Part shown: positions 59,762 through 64,000 of the stretch, piece after piece
How positions within the stretch are numbered: the stretch's first letter is position 1
Layout: each line of letters starts with the position of its first letter
From: Candidatus Melainabacteria bacterium 17Bon1m
GTDB taxonomy: Bacteria > Cyanobacteriota > Vampirovibrionia > Obscuribacterales > Obscuribacteraceae
Direction of reading: 5' to 3'
DNA: 64,000 nucleotides
NCBI GenBank assembly: GCA_032128875.1
Contig: JAVLKG010000009.1
Span: forward strand, 96,001 to 160,000
Notes under the pieces: model-generated
What the model saw: only the letters and a program-made list of their open reading frames with translations
Databases searched by the model: none
What the model was told of the DNA's origin: nothing
Made by a program: the position numbers and the translations under genes

Positions 59762-60871
59762 ATGGAGGAGAAAGTGGACGGTCATACGGACAGGCGCCAA
59801 GAGGCTATATCTGTGCCGTTCTTCTACCGCTGGCTACGGTCTCTTGTCTTTGAGATGGACCCCGAAGAAGCTCACACGCTAGCCGTTCAGCTTGCTCCTG
59901 TGGCAGCTGCGATGAGCCCAGGAGCGTTTCAAGACCCATGCCTGGCGACCACGGTTGCTGGGGTTAAATTTGCGAACCCTGTGGGGCTGGCGGCTGGTTT
60001 TGACAAGAATGGTCGCTTGACCAACTGCCTTTCGAGGTTTGGATTCGGATTTGCGGAGATAGGCTCCATAACTGCGCAGTCCACCAATGGAAATCCCAAA
60101 CCCCGTCTTTTCCGTCTGGTGGACGACGAAGCCGTGATCAACCGCCTCGGACTCAACGGTGACGGCGCTTCTGTGGTGGCTCAAAGACTTGAAGGAGCTG
60201 GCTTTTCGCTGCCCGTTGGCGTCAACATTGCTAAGACCAATCTTCCCACAATCAAGGGTGAGAAAGGCGTTGAGGATATGTTGCAGTCATTTGAATGCAT
60301 TAGAAATCTCCCGCTCGCCTTTGTAACTTTGAACGCTAGTTGCCCGAACACACACGAAGGCATTATGCAGGAGAGTGAAGAGCTCGATCAGATGCTGGCA
60401 GGCGTGCAGAGATTGAATGAGCGAAAACTGCCTGTTCTTCTAAAGCTGTCGCCGGACAGCACAGACGAATTGCTGGAAAAATTTGTAGACAGTGCGTGTA
60501 AGTATGGCATCAGAGGCTACGTTTTGGGCAACACCACGACCAAACGAGACGGATTGAGTACTGCACCCAGCACAGTTGCCGCGATGGGCAATGGCGGGTT
60601 GAGCGGAAAACCGCTTAAACAGAAAGCTCTAGAACTCGTGAAGCGTGTTTATAAGATCAAACGCAAAGAGCAAGACATTATTGGCTGTGGCGGAATCTCC
60701 AGCGGAGCCGATGCATTTGATTTCATCGCTCATGGTGCTAATGCTGTCGAGCTATACACAGGGCTGATTTACGGTGGGCCTGATTTGCCTTGCAGAATCA
60801 ACAGACAGTTGGCGCAACTTCTGAAGGCAAAAAATCTTACGGTGGAAACCGCTGTGGGTACCAAGGATTAG
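59762..60871 (+). CDS. pyrD: Quinone-dependent (class 2) dihydroorotate dehydrogenase
   Basis: DPEEAH, NPVGLAAGFDKN, GNPKPRLFRL, INRLGLN, KLSPD, GGLSGKPL; alternative GTG start at 59813. Confidence 0.95.
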   Translation: MEEKVDGHTDRRQEAISVPFFYRWLRSLVFEMDPEEAHTLAVQLAPVAAAMSPGAFQDPCLATTVAGVKFANPVGLAAGFDKNGRLTNCLSRFGFGFAEIGSITAQSTNGNPKPRLFRLVDDEAVINRLGLNGDGASVVAQRLEGAGFSLPVGVNIAKTNLPTIKGEKGVEDMLQSFECIRNLPLAFVTLNASCPNTHEGIMQESEELDQMLAGVQRLNERKLPVLLKLSPDSTDELLEKFVDSACKYGIRGYVLGNTTTKRDGLSTAPSTVAAMGNGGLSGKPLKQKALELVKRVYKIKRKEQDIIGCGGISSGADAFDFIAHGANAVELYTGLIYGGPDLPCRINRQLAQLLKAKNLTVETAVGTKD

Positions 60872-61044
60872 GGGATTGAAAACAGTAGGGGTTGAAGCAG
60901 TAGGGGTTGAAAACAGTAGGGGCGGCGCATGCGGCTCCCTGCCAGGGCGGCGCATGCGCCGCCCCTACTAGGTATGAAGCGCCGCCCCTACTAGGTATGA
61001 AGCGCCGCCCGTACTAGGTATGAAGCGCCGCCCGTACTAGGTAT
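60869..61044. repeat. REP doublet flanked by tandem amplifications of its ends
   Basis: taggggttgaa(a)acag-like x3, inverted gggcggcgcatgcg pair, then the 23-mer gcgccgccc(c/g)tactaggtatgaa x~4 (60956-61044). Confidence 0.9.
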
Positions 61045-61078
61045 AAGCCCACTTCTATGAGATTAGAAAACGAGCAAC

Positions 61079-62161
61079 TTACGCAGATATTGTTTCTGCA
61101 GAAGTCGGCTCGGCACCTTCTGTAGTGTCATCTGCATTGAGAGGCTTGAGATAAAACTCTTGCGCAAGAAATTGCAATGCCGCAGCACACGGAACAGCTA
61201 TTAATGCGCCAGGCAAGCCAAGTAGCGTTGCTCCAATCAGTATGGAAAACAAAACCAGAAGCGGGTGCAACTCGACTTGTTTGCCAAGCAACTGCGGAAC
61301 GATGAAATTACTTTCAAGCCATTGTTCTAAAGCGAAGAGAAGAAAAACAAAAACTGCAAGCAGTTCTGATTGGTTGAAGGCAACCACCAGGGACAATACC
61401 ATCGCAATTGCCGAGCCAACGAATGGTACAAGATTGAAAAGCCCAGCCAGAGCGCCAAGAACCAGCGAGTATTCTACCTTTAGAAGAGTCAGCCCTGTGC
61501 CCAGAAAAAGAGCTACGGCGATGCTCACTAGCATCTGCCCTCTCACGTATCCACCCATGCGAGCACCCAGTGGACGAATTAGTCCGCCGATTCGAGCGCG
61601 GTTGGCTCGAGGCACCCAGAGTAAAAGTTTTTGCCAGATGTCGTTTGCCTCAACTACAAAATAGGATGTCAGAAAGAGCACAAGCAGTGCGTTAGCGAGC
61701 GCTCCCATAAGCCCGGCAGTCAGACTGAGCGTATGCTTTGCCACGTTAGGCGCAAACTGTTTTAGCCGCTCCGGATCGATCTTCATATGATCGCCATCGG
61801 ACCCTACGTACTCCGTCAAAAATGGAAACTTCGCAGTCAGCCCTTGGATGTATTTGGGAATACTGTCATACAGCGCTAATGCTTGCTCTTTCATCGGCGG
61901 GAAAAGTAAGTAAGCAACCGCCGAGTAGATCAAACCAGTGAGTATGAAAATCGAGATGACTGTGACCGCACGTGGAATCTTCTTTTTCTCTAGCCACTCT
62001 GCGACGGGAGCAATTGCGGATGCTAGTGTGATTGCCATGAGCAAGCAGACGACCATGATGCGTAGCTCAAAAATCAGCCAGCAAATGAAAGCCCCAAGAA
62101 ATAGATAAAAGACGCCAAGCGCAGCTCGTAATCCCGGACGGTGTCTAGGAAATTTTGTCAT
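61079..62161 (-). CDS. AI-2E family transporter (PerM/TqsA-like)
   Basis: GGYVRGQ, LVPFVG, QWLESNFIVPQLLG...LHP, GLPGALIAVP. Confidence 0.92.
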   Translation of the reverse strand: MTKFPRHRPGLRAALGVFYLFLGAFICWLIFELRIMVVCLLMAITLASAIAPVAEWLEKKKIPRAVTVISIFILTGLIYSAVAYLLFPPMKEQALALYDSIPKYIQGLTAKFPFLTEYVGSDGDHMKIDPERLKQFAPNVAKHTLSLTAGLMGALANALLVLFLTSYFVVEANDIWQKLLLWVPRANRARIGGLIRPLGARMGGYVRGQMLVSIAVALFLGTGLTLLKVEYSLVLGALAGLFNLVPFVGSAIAMVLSLVVAFNQSELLAVFVFLLFALEQWLESNFIVPQLLGKQVELHPLLVLFSILIGATLLGLPGALIAVPCAAALQFLAQEFYLKPLNADDTTEGAEPTSAETISA

Positions 62162-62164
62162 GCG

Positions 62165-64000
62165 TCAATTCACCTTTAGAATTCGGCTGGGCAGTCCAAT
62201 CATGTTTCCAGTTCTGTCAAGAGCAACCACGACGATGTGACGGGTCTTCCCGTCATTGTAGACCTCTGGCGGTATGTTGAAGTTGCCCTCAGTTTGCTGA
62301 AAATGAAGCCAACTTTGCACATTTCCAGTAAGTGATGGTTCTTGCGAAACAAGTTTTTTCTCTTGCGGTGTTACTTGCAAATTACGATATTTTTTCAGCG
62401 CATTTGCATCCGACAGATTGTCGAACACTGTGTTTGGCTGGGATATCAAAACCAGCAATGCCGCAGCGTCTCTCACATTTTTGACGTTGAACCGGTATTG
62501 GTTTTGCCCAGAAACTTTCAAGAGATCCGGAACACATTCGGGCAGTGAAATCCCCTCAATAGACTGCACGTCAACGTAATAAGGGGAGTTCTGAAGTGCG
62601 ATTCCGACGCCTTCTACGGGACCACCAAGCTGCCATTCTTTATTGTCAAGCAAAGGGCATTCGTAGATGTTGTCACCGGTTCTAACAATCGGCGCTGTCT
62701 TTTCGCCGGAGAGCACGGTGTTTTTTTGCTTCCACTTAAAGCGAACCAAATGAAGCAGTCTATCAATCGGTTGATTTGCTTCCACTGTCATTTTGATCCT
62801 AACGAGCGGCGTGTAGAGTGGATTGATCTCCTTAATTGGTTTGAAAACCTGAAGTCCTTCGCTCGCCGGATACAAACGCATGCTATTGACTTGTGTCACC
62901 ACCTGCGGTTGCTCTTTGCAGAAGACAAACCATTGTTTGCCGTCAGTAATTTTGGTGGCAGCAGGACTAATGTTGCAGTCCTTTATGCCATTGAAGGAGC
63001 AGCTGAATCCGGTGTTTGCTGATGAATCAGTTGAGCCGTTCAATGGATGCAGCTTGAGGTCTGATTCACTGAAGTAGAGCAGCTGAGGAGATTGGTTGTT
63101 TTTCGCAACTTCATTCGGCAAGTTAGTGTCTTGTGCCTTAAAATCGAAATTGTTGCCTTCGTCGCTCACTGAAAACGGTGGTGTTATCATCGTTTTGAAA
63201 TATTGCGGTCGCGCCAAGACTGGAGCGCCGTGAAAGTCTGACGGCAAATTGAGAAGGGCGAACCTTCTTTCTGGGTTTTGCTGATGGAGCGTTGACACTT
63301 CCTGTCTCAGCTTCTTGAGCATCTCGCCAGCGCCAGAGAAGGCTGTCATATTACTATGAGAGAGCGCGCAGAAGACGACAAGCGTAAATGCAAGAAAGCC
63401 GACTCCGACGGTTGCAGATAGTTTTGTCGATATTTTATCGATGGAGTCTTCGCTCGGTACAAACGCGAAAGCTAGAGCCAATGCCAATGGCGCCGAAGAG
63501 AGAAAGAACAGCCGTGCACCGCTCAGATTGTTGGCAATGTTCCAAATTTGGAAAGTTGGCAATAGTGAAATAGCGCCAAACAGAAAGAAAGCAACGAAAT
63601 AACGAGTCAATAAAGGCGTCGCCAGGCATCTGAGACCAGCAAACACGGCTGCCGCGATATAGGTAGTAAAGCCTATCGTCATGAGTCTTTTGCTAGTTGG
63701 CAGAATTTCTTCGTTGACCGGAATCATTACTTTCAGAAGCGCCGCTCTGTTTGCAAAGTTAGCAAATAAGGTATCGAGCCCTACTATTGCTCCACCTGCT
63801 CCACCTGACCCATAACCTCCAATTGCACTTCCCAGTACGATTGTTCTTATCAACGCAAACGCGCCGAGAGTGAGCCAAAGAAGCCAAAGGGTGCGCTGTT
63901 CGAGCGGTGAAGGGATGCGGAAGAACCTCGCCCATGGTTTTTGATTGCTTGCGATGTTCGCGTTATCTGGAATCAAAAACGCAAATACTGTTGCAACCGC
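62165..64000 (-). CDS. Polytopic membrane protein, probably GT-C glycosyltransferase-like; 5' end outside the window
   Basis: Frame is open to 64000 (AVATVFAFLIPD...); several TM helices, ARLFFLSS, large soluble C-terminal domain. Confidence 0.6.
   Translation of the reverse strand, partial: AVATVFAFLIPDNANIASNQKPWARFFRIPSPLEQRTLWLLWLTLGAFALIRTIVLGSAIGGYGSGGAGGAIVGLDTLFANFANRAALLKVMIPVNEEILPTSKRLMTIGFTTYIAAAVFAGLRCLATPLLTRYFVAFFLFGAISLLPTFQIWNIANNLSGARLFFLSSAPLALALAFAFVPSEDSIDKISTKLSATVGVGFLAFTLVVFCALSHSNMTAFSGAGEMLKKLRQEVSTLHQQNPERRFALLNLPSDFHGAPVLARPQYFKTMITPPFSVSDEGNNFDFKAQDTNLPNEVAKNNQSPQLLYFSESDLKLHPLNGSTDSSANTGFSCSFNGIKDCNISPAATKITDGKQWFVFCKEQPQVVTQVNSMRLYPASEGLQVFKPIKEINPLYTPLVRIKMTVEANQPIDRLLHLVRFKWKQKNTVLSGEKTAPIVRTGDNIYECPLLDNKEWQLGGPVEGVGIALQNSPYYVDVQSIEGISLPECVPDLLKVSGQNQYRFNVKNVRDAAALLVLISQPNTVFDNLSDANALKKYRNLQVTPQEKKLVSQEPSLTGNVQSWLHFQQTEGNFNIPPEVYNDGKTRHIVVVALDRTGNMIGLPSRILKVN

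Noticed and set aside
41499-60871. Functional clustering of pyrD with pyrimidine catabolism genes
   Set aside because: They are about 17 kb apart with many unrelated genes between them; probably coincidental.

Overview
Gene-dense bacterial chromosomal segment with about 40 CDSs and one tRNA-Lys(TTT). The gene families (four Hanks-type Ser/Thr kinases, LRR/HEAT/TPR proteins, a giant low-complexity beta-rich exported protein, GT-C-type membrane proteins) suggest a non-photosynthetic cyanobacterial relative such as Vampirovibrionia/Obscuribacterales; that assignment is an inference. Recognisable functions: GT2/GT21-like glycosyltransferase, GH3 acyl-adenylate ligase, proline dehydrogenase, SPFH protein, a VIT-domain VPE-CTERM protein with its own exosortase, an ECF sigma factor, a 2841-aa hemagglutinin-like protein, AlkA with a broken ogt, an MBOAT/SGNH O-acylation pair, a reductive pyrimidine catabolism operon (aminotransferase, beta-ureidopropionase, preT, preA), azoR/AraC, TetR-RND efflux, pyrD and an AI-2E transporter. 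Best leads: (1) a strongly base-paired ~195-nt leader with an alternative pairing ahead of the pyrimidine-degradation operon (riboswitch/ncRNA candidate); (2) a duplicated convergent module of secreted protein plus receptor kinase, one kinase apparently starting at CTG; (3) a giant exported protein with no recognisable TPS or autotransporter domain but a FecR-like C-terminus; (4) about 20 GTAG/GTGG-type REP palindromes. No integrase, transposase, prophage or CRISPR array was found. All annotations are by eye, without database searches.
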